From a virus: DNA of 64,000 nucleotides. Below the pieces are notes generated by a model. It did not search any database and had not been told where the DNA came from. It saw only the letters and a list, made by a program, of their open reading frames with translations. Position 1 is the stretch's first letter, and each line of letters opens with the position of its first letter. The DNA is taken from IMG/VR virus record IMGVR_UViG_3300037479_000437, positions 233 to 64,232 of that record; one strand, given 5' to 3'. The position numbers and the translations under genes were made by a program. Of this stretch, positions 39,486 through 47,376 are shown in pieces.

Positions 39486-39890
39486 TCACCCTTGCCGTTG
39501 GTTCTCAACGTATTGCTTAATCGCATCCAATGGCGCACCGCCAACGGTCACAACAAAATAGCTAGGACTCCACAAATGACCGCCCCACAAACGATTCTTG
39601 AGCCGGGGAAATTCTTGAAACAAGCGCCGCGCCGTAACTCCCTTCAGACTGTTAATGAGCTTGGAAAGCTGATGCGTTGGCTTCGTTCTCACCACAATGT
39701 GAACGTGGTCAACTTCGTTTTCCGTTGCAAGCAATTCAACATCGGCTTTCTCGCACAACTCGCGCAACAATGCAGACAATCTATCGCCAACTTCGCGCGT
39801 CAAAACAGTACGCCGATATTTCACGCACCAAACAATGTGAAGTTGAAGTTGGTGTACCGAATGACTACCAGATTGAAGGTCGTACTTCAT
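39486..39890 (-). CDS. tnpA: Y1 HUH transposase TnpA
   Basis: HIVWCVKYRR, DHVH (HUH), LWSPSYF and YVENQ (catalytic Tyr). Confidence 0.95.
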   Translation of the reverse strand: MKYDLQSGSHSVHQLQLHIVWCVKYRRTVLTREVGDRLSALLRELCEKADVELLATENEVDHVHIVVRTKPTHQLSKLINSLKGVTARRLFQEFPRLKNRLWGGHLWSPSYFVVTVGGAPLDAIKQYVENQRQG

Positions 39891-40061
39891 ACCGTGAAGT
39901 ATAACACAACCAATTCCACAAACAACGCAAATCTTCTGTTCTTGCAGAAGTTCCGCAAATGCAACCAATTATCTCTTTCGCGGGTATCGAACCCGCTCAG
40001 AGATGTGAAATTCATCCCCTCCCTGAAGGAAGGGGTCTTCTTTCACGATTTGATAAAACCC

Positions 40062-40787
40062 TCAGGCAATCCGACGTACAGCTTTGTCGGCCAGTTGTGT
40101 TTCGTCCGGGCAGGCCTGGCGGGCCAGTTCCAATGCTCGCTCAGTAGTTGCGCCAGTTCGCTGTGCAATCCGTTCCGCCAGTTGCTTCAGATATGCCTGC
40201 GCCTGTTCTGATGTTTCAATACGCGCAATCATGGACAATTCGCCGGTCACCTCAATTTCAGTGCGTACAGTCGGACGCTCAACCGCCAGGTTGCCGATTT
40301 CCGCCAACGTGCGCGTGAGGTACGCCATGGTATTGAAACTCCACTGCGCCGGTTTGATGATGATTGTCGCCATGGCGCCGGGGTTGTCCGGGTCAGGCGC
40401 CTGACGAATAATCTCCCGCGTGGGCATAGCGGCCATTTCAGTTACTTTTTGCAAGAGCAGGTCACGCGCTTTCCACAGGTCTTCGCGTTGTTGCTCGTTG
40501 CGTTCAGCCCAGACTTTCTGCGCCCTGCGTTCGAGTTTTTCCTGCTCTTTCACGCGCGCCTGATCCAGCCAGGCGTCAAAAGCAGCGCAGCGGCTGACCC
40601 ATTGATGCTGGCTGCTCCACCGGCCCATCAGAGTAAAACTTTTTCCGATCTTAGCCGCGACACCTTCCAGCGAGCGATCAATGCCCATCTGCCGATACGC
40701 GACGAAAGCTTCCCAGGCTGGCGTGGTTTCAGTCGCGCGGCGCTCCCAGGGAGCAGTCCCAGGCGAATTAACTGATTTGATCGGCAT
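40062..40787 (-). CDS. Terminase small subunit-like protein
   Basis: PWERRATET..AWEAFVAYRQMG..RSL...WS....W..R..AFD; upstream of terL once the IS elements are removed. Confidence 0.65.
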   Translation of the reverse strand: MPIKSVNSPGTAPWERRATETTPAWEAFVAYRQMGIDRSLEGVAAKIGKSFTLMGRWSSQHQWVSRCAAFDAWLDQARVKEQEKLERRAQKVWAERNEQQREDLWKARDLLLQKVTEMAAMPTREIIRQAPDPDNPGAMATIIIKPAQWSFNTMAYLTRTLAEIGNLAVERPTVRTEIEVTGELSMIARIETSEQAQAYLKQLAERIAQRTGATTERALELARQACPDETQLADKAVRRIA

Positions 40788-40812
40788 AACAGAACTTCTT
40801 TATTCCTTCAAC

Positions 40813-41094
40813 TCATCCTTGCGGAGCCGGAGCAAAGGGCGCGGGCGTGTCAGTCTCATCACGAAAGTAATTTCCGTGCAGCGTAGTCGCGCTTTTGTAC
40901 GGCACATTACGAATGACTTCAACGTGACGACCAGTGTGCGGATCGAAATTGCGCTGACTCGGAGAAACAATGACCAGGTGAACAAGGTCGTCAGAGATAA
41001 CCAGCGTCAGCAGCGCGTGATAAGCCACGTTCATTTCGCTATGGTAGATTACGTGATCGCCGAGTGTGCGTTGCATGATTGCTGTTTCATTCAT
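40813..41094 (-). CDS. Hypothetical protein
   Basis: ORF in the late operon with an AGGAG RBS. Confidence 0.45.
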   Translation of the reverse strand: MNETAIMQRTLGDHVIYHSEMNVAYHALLTLVISDDLVHLVIVSPSQRNFDPHTGRHVEVIRNVPYKSATTLHGNYFRDETDTPAPFAPAPQG

Positions 41095-41230
41095 GTTCTG
41101 AGACTCCTGGTTAAATATCCGCTGGCTTCACAGCGGATCATAAATCAGTTGTTGCGCTGCTGCTGGATCAAGCGCCGGGCCGCAGTATTCAAACACTGCG
41201 CAGGGGCGGCCCCCCAGCGCCGGGCGTCCA

Positions 41231-41443
41231 TTAGCATCCCGCAGAGCTTTCTGTCCAGGCGACTACAGGTTTGCGTTGCCCGAAGCGCCGATAGAGACCG
41301 CGCAGATATTCGATGTTTTCAGCATCGTGAATGCGCGCATTGTCAGGATCACAGTGTAAGGTAGAAAGTGTCACGACTGCCGGATACTCAGGCTCATTCA
41401 GCAATAGCTCATTCGCATTCAATTCAGAAGATGTTGGGAGCAT
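41231..41443 (-). pseudogene. Truncated ParB/Srx N-terminal domain
   Basis: L..DPDNARIHD..NIEYLRGLYRRFGQRKPVV, then an early stop before the G(H/N)GR motif. Confidence 0.6.
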
Positions 41444-41454
41444 AGAAAATAAGG

Positions 41455-42015
41455 CTAACGCAAACGTGCAAACAACATCGCAACTGGCGCCACGATTTCA
41501 AGCATAATTGCAGTCAGCGGTTTATCCAGAAAGCGTCTGATCCGACCGGGCCGCGCCTGCTGATCAGCCAGCGCAAACAAACGTTTCAGAGTTTCAATTT
41601 CCTGTCCAAGCTGTTTGACCTGCTCAGCATAAAGCTCGCGCTCGCGCTGATCAAGCTGACTTGTGCGCCCGGAAAGTTCAAGCTGTTGATTCAGCAGTCT
41701 GATCTGCTCTTCCAGCAGACGCTTATCCTCGGCCAGGTTGAGCAGGGCGCGCAGGCGAGCAACAGGTAGCGCGCGGTATTGTATTCCCTCAACCGTCAGG
41801 ATCAGCGTGCCGTCGTCCAGCCGTTCCATCTGTTGCGCATGTCCCTCGGACTCAGGCTTCGTTGCGCTGCTCAGCACACGCACCGCCCAGCGCCCGTCAT
41901 CAGGAATTTGCGCCGGGCAGGGGCGCACGCAAAATATCATCATCAGACCGGCCAGCAGTGTGATTCTGCCCGATCCGTGTTTGCAACTCAGCGATGGCGC
42001 GTTTGAGGGTTTCAT
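41455..42015 (-). CDS. Spanin-like lysis accessory protein
   Basis: Hydrophobic segment ending in Cys (LLAGLMMIFC), coiled coil, overlap with the upstream ORF; lies in the lysis cassette. Confidence 0.45.
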   Translation of the reverse strand: MKPSNAPSLSCKHGSGRITLLAGLMMIFCVRPCPAQIPDDGRWAVRVLSSATKPESEGHAQQMERLDDGTLILTVEGIQYRALPVARLRALLNLAEDKRLLEEQIRLLNQQLELSGRTSQLDQRERELYAEQVKQLGQEIETLKRLFALADQQARPGRIRRFLDKPLTAIMLEIVAPVAMLFARLR

Positions 42016-42211
42016 TCAATGCAAAGAGATTGGCGCGATCAATCACCAATGTCTGACGTTCCTGTTCGAGCGTCACAATGCGCTCAGCCTGGCGCGTGAT
42101 TTCCGCCAGCGCCTTTGCGCGTTCGGCTTCGTATTGCTCGCGCTCCCGCTTCGCCTCCGGGTTGACTGCTTCGAGCAGCGAATAGAGCAGGCGCAGGATC
42201 AATTGGCGCAT
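41900..42211 (-). CDS. Coiled-coil lysis accessory protein (Rz-like)
   Basis: Directly after the holin-like gene; coiled coil. Confidence 0.45.
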   Translation of the reverse strand: MRQLILRLLYSLLEAVNPEAKREREQYEAERAKALAEITRQAERIVTLEQERQTLVIDRANLFALNETLKRAIAELQTRIGQNHTAGRSDDDILRAPLPGANS

Positions 42212-42213
42212 GT

Positions 42214-42378
42214 CTATTCCTTCGGCTGGCTGTCGCGGGCCAGCAGGCCAAGGGCCAGCACGCCGACCGCAATAATGACTTCACGGAAGGACGCCGGGAT
42301 GGCGATATTGAAATGCGCGAGCAGCGTGGCAACGAAAGTCAGCACGCCGGTAATTGTGGTTTTCGGGTCAGTAAACAT
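42214..42378 (-). CDS. Holin-like two-TM protein
   Basis: MFTDPKTTITGVLTFVATLL...IIAVGVLALGLLARDS; near the endolysin. Confidence 0.65.
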   Translation of the reverse strand: MFTDPKTTITGVLTFVATLLAHFNIAIPASFREVIIAVGVLALGLLARDSQPKE

Positions 42379-42503
42379 GATTGACAGCCTCTTTCTGATT
42401 AAGTAACACCTTTTTCCTACCCGGCTGCAACAATTTCTCTGCTTGCCCTGATCATGCAAATTACTGACTCCGGGGCGGTTGATGAATCAGAGATCGCAGA
42501 ATT

Positions 42504-42791
42504 TCATTTCCGGCGTACCGGGTAAGTCAGTTTCTGCCGTAGTTTTCCCTGCTTATCCTGAATGATGACGCTGGCCGGCCGATTGTTGCGCGCCAGTTCT
42601 TTTGCGGCGTTGATGGCAATCCGCTGATTCCATGCTCTGTAGCCCATTCTTTTGCCCTGATACCGGACATCCCAGCGAGGGTAAGGCGTGAGCGTGTAAA
42701 CCACGCGGTAGTTGGTAATCCGCTTTGGGCGTTTGATCGTTGTCAGCTTGCCCAACTTGCATAGGGTCAATCCATCCATCAAATAAATCAT
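42504..42791 (-). CDS. DUF2188-like protein
   Basis: WDVRYQG...NQRIAINAAKELA.......VIIQDKQGK.....TY. Confidence 0.65.
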   Translation of the reverse strand: MIYLMDGLTLCKLGKLTTIKRPKRITNYRVVYTLTPYPRWDVRYQGKRMGYRAWNQRIAINAAKELARNNRPASVIIQDKQGKLRQKLTYPVRRK

Positions 42792-43223
42792 TCAGGGATA
42801 AAACACGCGGTGTCCGCTGGCTGGGGGGATTGTTTGCAAATGTGCCCAGCGCGGCGTTGCGTCAGGGTGTTCCATCCAGAGGCCGATTTCTGTCAGGGCT
42901 TGTTGCCCGGCAGGGGTCATCAGCCAGGTGTCCAGGTCGCCGTCGTCGTCGGATAAATCGCAGGCCCGGGCGGTCAGGTGCTTTGAGGCGCGGGCAGCTT
43001 TTTTGACGCGCTTGTTGACAATCGGGGGGCGCCAGCCGCTGTTGACCGAACGCTGGGCGGCCTGGGGTTTGGCAGCGTAGAAGCGAGTCAGCAATTGATT
43101 GACCAGCGCGATTGTGTGCGCCGCGTTCTGTGCGATTTCAGCCGTCAGGGCTGCCGGATATTGTTTATCGCGGCCTTTGTAATAGTCTGTAAGCGTAAGT
43201 GTGAGCATGGTTTCAATTTTCAC
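42792..43223 (-). CDS. Endolysin, peptidase M15 family
   Basis: VNSGWRP..VN......ASKHL.ARACD...W.HLQ Zn-binding H-x6-D...H motif. Confidence 0.85.
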   Translation of the reverse strand: MKIETMLTLTLTDYYKGRDKQYPAALTAEIAQNAAHTIALVNQLLTRFYAAKPQAAQRSVNSGWRPPIVNKRVKKAARASKHLTARACDLSDDDGDLDTWLMTPAGQQALTEIGLWMEHPDATPRWAHLQTIPPASGHRVFYP

Positions 43224-43393
43224 GCAAAAGCGTCAGCAGGTGGCGTGAGAATTCCACCCGAACACCCACGCCACCTTTTCCCCCGCGCTAACGGGCGCAC
43301 TGTATCACAATGCCGCAAGTTCAGGCAATCCATCAAATTCAGGTGAGCCTGACGCCGGGCGTCAGGGCTGGCGAAAGCAACGAGTGGTCAGGC

Positions 43394-43798
43394 TCAGCGG
43401 CGCGCAGGTTTCCAGGCGCGATCCAGGAGTGCGCCGTTGAAGGATTGTTTGCCGGAGCCGTCCGCCTTGCCTGCCACGCTTTCTTCTTCACTTGTTTGCG
43501 CGCTGTTGAGGGCATCCGGCGCATGGATTTCAGGCTCCGGTAAATTCTCCGACTCAATCAATTTTCTGCGCCGCCCTTTGCGCCAGCCACGCGGGGGCGG
43601 ATCGAAGGCCGCGAGCGCGTCAGCCGGGATCAGCCAGTATGCGCCGCCCGGAGTTTGTTCCCGGTATGCGCCGGGAATGGCGCCCTGGCGCAGGTGATAG
43701 AGCAGAGCCGGGCGGGAAAGCGGGCGCTCGCCCGTCGTGCGCCATCGCTTGAGGGCTTCAGTAGTCGTCAGCCAGGTTGTTCCAGATTTTTCGCTCAT
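43394..43798 (-). CDS. HTH DNA-binding regulator (excisionase/MerR-like)
   Basis: WLTTTEA...SRPALLYHLRQG.IPGA......YWLIP; divergent from the early promoter. Confidence 0.7.
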   Translation of the reverse strand: MSEKSGTTWLTTTEALKRWRTTGERPLSRPALLYHLRQGAIPGAYREQTPGGAYWLIPADALAAFDPPPRGWRKGRRRKLIESENLPEPEIHAPDALNSAQTSEEESVAGKADGSGKQSFNGALLDRAWKPARR

Positions 43799-43905
43799 TT
43801 CACGGGCAAAAATAAATAAAAGCCCCTGAGAAGTAAAATTCTTCGCACGCAACCGATTGAAAACAAAGCAAATATAAATTATTTCAAAAAAACTTTATCT
43901 TGTAT

Positions 43906-43934
43906 TTGACGCATAAATCAAAAGGGGATATTAT
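43906..43934 (+). promoter_or_regulatory. Sigma70-type early promoter
   Basis: TTGACG-N17-TATTAT with an AT-rich upstream tract. Confidence 0.8.
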
Positions 43935-43940
43935 TATTTC

Positions 43941-44540
43941 GCAGTCGAGAGAGATTGACATCACGGAAGCGAAACCCGAAGCGGATTAACAAGTAGCTGA
44001 CGTGGTGAGTTGATTGAAAATCAAATTCGAGCAGACAAGGGCCGTAGGGAAACCCGGCGCAGAAGGGATTAAAAAGTAGCTCTTCGGAGTGAAACCCGGA
44101 GCCGGAAATAACAAGTACCCGCCGACGCCGTAATCAATCGGCATACGGAAGGCAGAAGGGCCATCAGACAGTCGTGAGGCTGGCGGAATCTGTTCGGGCG
44201 TGGGAATTACGGGCACAACGCAAAATAATTGCCTGAACGCTGGCACAACGTCGCCGGAAAGCATTCCGGGACAGACGCGGGCGAGCGCAGAGACTGAGGC
44301 TGTCACTCAGAGGGAAATACGAGGCGCAGCGGATTTGAATCCGCCCACACGGAAGCGCGTCACACATTCCCGAAAATAATCTGTCAGTGAAATCCTGCGC
44401 AGGCGAACTCCCCTGAGGAAATAAAAAGTAGCCGCCAGGAAATAAAAAGTAGCTGACAGGCTGCTGTGTTACTGAACCCCGAAGCGGAATAATAAGTAGG
44501 CGACACAGGAAGGCGAAACAGAAGCTCACAGCTTCTGTCT
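43941..44540 (+). ncRNA. Candidate structured leader / ncRNA with internal repeats
   Basis: No convincing plus-strand ORF; six GGA(A/T)TAA(C/A/T)AAGTA-type motifs, GNRA/UUCG hairpins and a terminal hairpin at ~44518-44538. Confidence 0.5.
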
Positions 44541-44906
44541 GATCGGCACGAGCAACTGATCACTGATGAAGCCTGCTCAATCATGCAATCATGCATGCAA
44601 TTCAACCGGAGAAAAATCATGACGCACAAAAAAGCGAAAGCCGCAAAAACACACGAACCTGACCACGAGAATTGCTCCGGGCTGGAGCCATACCACCTGC
44701 TCATGCGCGTGCAGGTCATTGTCGAAGGGCAGCAGGCTCCGCCGCAGCGCGAAAAAAAGCCGCACACGGAAATGTGTTGCACCGGCCTGCGGGAGTTGGA
44801 GAGGGCTTTGATCGCTCTTTCTCGCTGAAGAGGCAGGGCAATTCTGATTTTCAGCCCGCGAAGTTTTCCAGTGTGAGCGCACACGCGGGCCAGAAACAAT
44901 CATTGA

Positions 44907-45473
44907 TTGCACAGAAAGGAATTCTTTATGTTTACAGTTACACGACTCAACGTTATTTCCAATCCCTACGCGCCAGGCGCGCGCGCTTGCACGTTCTCCG
45001 CGCCTGACCCCGGCGACTCACTAATCATGCGCACAATCGCAGAATCTCTGCGCTGGCTCGCTGAGTCCGAGCAGACACCAGAAACCAGAACGCCGGAACC
45101 CGACAAGCCGCTGTTCAACCCGCTGCGCTTTTCCAGCGCGCGAGTCAAAACACACCGCCCGGCGCCGGTTGCTCAACCTGTCAAAGCTGCTGCGCAATCC
45201 ACTCAGACCCGATCTGCGCAGATAGCCCGCGCCGGGCAGAATCCGACCACATGCAAGCCGTCACTCGTCGCTGTCGCGCAGGCTCTGCGCCTGATTGCTC
45301 CGGCACTGACTGGCGTGCGTCTGCTCGACATGATGGGCGTCAACCACAGCGGACGCTCTTATCTGCGTTACGTCAACTGTGTCGAAGGCCGCGCCTGGGA
45401 AGCGCGTTCGCAGAATGAGCGCGCGGCGGCTGAATGGGTCGCTGCCCAGGTGCTGCATGCTGCCGGGTTGTAA
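44907..45473 (+). CDS. Early hypothetical protein
   Basis: AAGGA RBS before ATG near 44928. Confidence 0.55.
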   Translation: MHRKEFFMFTVTRLNVISNPYAPGARACTFSAPDPGDSLIMRTIAESLRWLAESEQTPETRTPEPDKPLFNPLRFSSARVKTHRPAPVAQPVKAAAQSTQTRSAQIARAGQNPTTCKPSLVAVAQALRLIAPALTGVRLLDMMGVNHSGRSYLRYVNCVEGRAWEARSQNERAAAEWVAAQVLHAAGL

Positions 45474-45623
45474 ATTGCGCCCGGCGCTTCAACCAATTCT
45501 TTCCGGTGAGTCTCCATGTGTAATTCTGGCGGGTCAGGAAATAATTGCATTCCTGACTCGCCTTTTTTTAACGAGTCCCGCGCCGGAGTCATTCCCGGCG
45601 CCCCAACAGGAGCATAAATAACC

Positions 45624-46766
45624 ATGAACGCACACCAGTTAATTATTGCCCGCGCCCAAAGCGCAGGCAGCGTCGCAACTACCGTTGCCGGAGCTAGTCG
45701 CTATCTGCTGTGCATGGCTCGCGCCGCCGTGCCCTGGAAGCAGCCCAAGCCGCCCGCGTTTCTGCGCCGCGAAACCAAAGCGCAATATCAAGTGAAAAAT
45801 CATCAGCGGCGCCTGATCGCTCGGTTCATCGGCTGGCGGTTCATCCGCAAGGGCTGGCTGACTGACGCTGACCTGAGCTTCATTTCGCGTCACCCTGATC
45901 GCTGCCTGCTGCTTGAATTACGCGCCTGCCCGCTGTATGCCCGCGCAGTGTTTCCGCACGCCCCGCTTCAGCAGTATGATTCGCTTAAAGCCGAACTGCG
46001 GCAGTGGGAGCGCGCCAAAGGTCGGCTGGAAGCCAGTAACCTGCTGGCCGCAGACGCTTATGACCGGGCGCCCTGGGGGCGCCTGCGCAAAACCTTTCAG
46101 GGAAAATGCGGCCTGCGCGCCGGAATTTCCACAACTGACAACGGGAAATCCGGCTGGGATAAAGTAGTCTGGCATAAAGCAGACTACACGCACATCATTC
46201 CACCAGAGCCGCATGCAGCGATCTGGGAGAGCTACTACGTCAGCGCCGATCAGTCCGTTCATCGCGTACTGCACACCAGCAGTTTTATCGAAATTGATGA
46301 TCGTCCGGCTGTGCGCATAGCTTCGCCCCAGGCTGCTCCGGTTGTGCGAACGCATCACCAGCGGCGCCTGCTGGCCCCGGAAGTACCCGACATTCTGACC
46401 CTGGGCTACGACCGCAAGGCTCAGACATTTACGCTGACAGACGGATTTGGTGAAATCTATCATTTGGACAAAATAATTATCCGCTCGCGCAAACAGGCTG
46501 CTAAGCAGGTTCGCAAAGCCATCGCTGGGCTGCGTCGGCGCAGAGCGCAAAAATTCTCTCTGCCTGCTGATCTGACCCGGTGCTATGTCTCACTCACCGA
46601 TTCGGTGGAGTCGGGCAATTGTGAGTCCCAATCACAAAGCTTTGCTCGTCAGGCCTGGGCGGCGATTGGCGCAACGGGGGAAACCGCTGTCCGCGCTGAC
46701 GTGGTTCTCTCCCTGCGCAATGATGAGTATACCCGCCGCGCCGTCGCGTTTGCCGCCGCGCGGTGA
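45624..46766 (+). CDS. Early hypothetical protein
   Basis: AGGAG RBS; 380 aa; C-terminal S.ESGNC motif seen in phage proteins. Confidence 0.6.
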   Translation: MNAHQLIIARAQSAGSVATTVAGASRYLLCMARAAVPWKQPKPPAFLRRETKAQYQVKNHQRRLIARFIGWRFIRKGWLTDADLSFISRHPDRCLLLELRACPLYARAVFPHAPLQQYDSLKAELRQWERAKGRLEASNLLAADAYDRAPWGRLRKTFQGKCGLRAGISTTDNGKSGWDKVVWHKADYTHIIPPEPHAAIWESYYVSADQSVHRVLHTSSFIEIDDRPAVRIASPQAAPVVRTHHQRRLLAPEVPDILTLGYDRKAQTFTLTDGFGEIYHLDKIIIRSRKQAAKQVRKAIAGLRRRRAQKFSLPADLTRCYVSLTDSVESGNCESQSQSFARQAWAAIGATGETAVRADVVLSLRNDEYTRRAVAFAAAR

Positions 46767-46818
46767 GAATCCTGTTGAGTGAGCGATTGTCAGGCGAGTT
46801 GGCGCTCAATCAATCGGG

Positions 46819-46859
46819 CCGGGCAGGAAAGTAATCATTTGACTGGCTTTCCTGCCCGG
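46819..46859. other. 13-bp perfect inverted repeat (intergenic hairpin)
   Basis: ccgggcaggaaag-N15-ctttcctgcccgg. Confidence 0.6.
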
Positions 46860-46891
46860 AATCAGCCTGAAACGAATGACGGGAGCAAATC

Positions 46892-47107
46892 ATGACTGAA
46901 GAACAGATGCGGCTACAGTTACAGCAGATCAAACACAATTTGAAAACAACTGAATGGACTATTCAACGGCAGCGGGAAAGCCTTGCCTGGCTGGAACAAA
47001 CTGCGCAAGAACAACGCCTTGAAATTCAACGCCTGGAACGCGCGTTGTCCGTTCATGTCAAACCGACTGAGAAACCTTCAAACGAAGACGAAGGATGGAC
47101 GCTGTGA
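46892..47107 (+). CDS. Small coiled-coil protein
   Basis: GGGAG RBS; heptad pattern. Confidence 0.55.
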   Translation: MTEEQMRLQLQQIKHNLKTTEWTIQRQRESLAWLEQTAQEQRLEIQRLERALSVHVKPTEKPSNEDEGWTL

Positions 47108-47376
47108 AAAATACTTTGCATTCAGAACAAAACTTTGATTACAAACCGCGCCCTGACGCTGCCGCCTGGTCACGCCTGGCAATTTACTGCTCAGCAGTCG
47201 AAGCCTTCGATCTGCAACAACAGTATTGCGATGCGCTGCTTGCTCGCGCCGGAACGTCTGATCTGAAAGAACGCGCCCGGTTGCGTTTGCAAATGGACGC
47301 CGCTGTCCGCCGCGCGCGACGCTTACAACGTTCACCATTGCGGTTGATCGTTCCACTTCAAAAGGAGGTTGATTGA
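47095..47376 (+). CDS. Hypothetical protein
   Basis: Overlapping operon arrangement. Confidence 0.5.
   Translation: MDAVKNTLHSEQNFDYKPRPDAAAWSRLAIYCSAVEAFDLQQQYCDALLARAGTSDLKERARLRLQMDAAVRRARRLQRSPLRLIVPLQKEVD

Larger units (their letters stand above)
38336..40052 (-). mobile_element. IS200/IS605-family element (IS605-type, tnpA + tnpB)
   Basis: Preceded by TTTAT on the minus strand; left end nearly identical to that of the first element; right end ...GGGAGTGTCAA. Confidence 0.9.

Noticed and set aside
38370-40211. 613-aa plus-strand ORF
   Set aside because: Antisense shadow of tnpB/tnpA; no motifs of its own.
40681-41364. 227-aa plus-strand ORF
   Set aside because: Antisense to the late operon; no recognisable domain.
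43909-43916. Last array unit's NN string (ACGCATAA) matches the early promoter -35 region contiguously
   Set aside because: An 8-mer is expected about twice by chance in 128 kb of both strands, and the match is contiguous rather than gapped.
43986-44899. Minus-strand ORFs over the early leader
   Set aside because: Antisense to a strong promoter; Phe/Leu/Ser-rich translations simply reflect the purine-rich plus strand.
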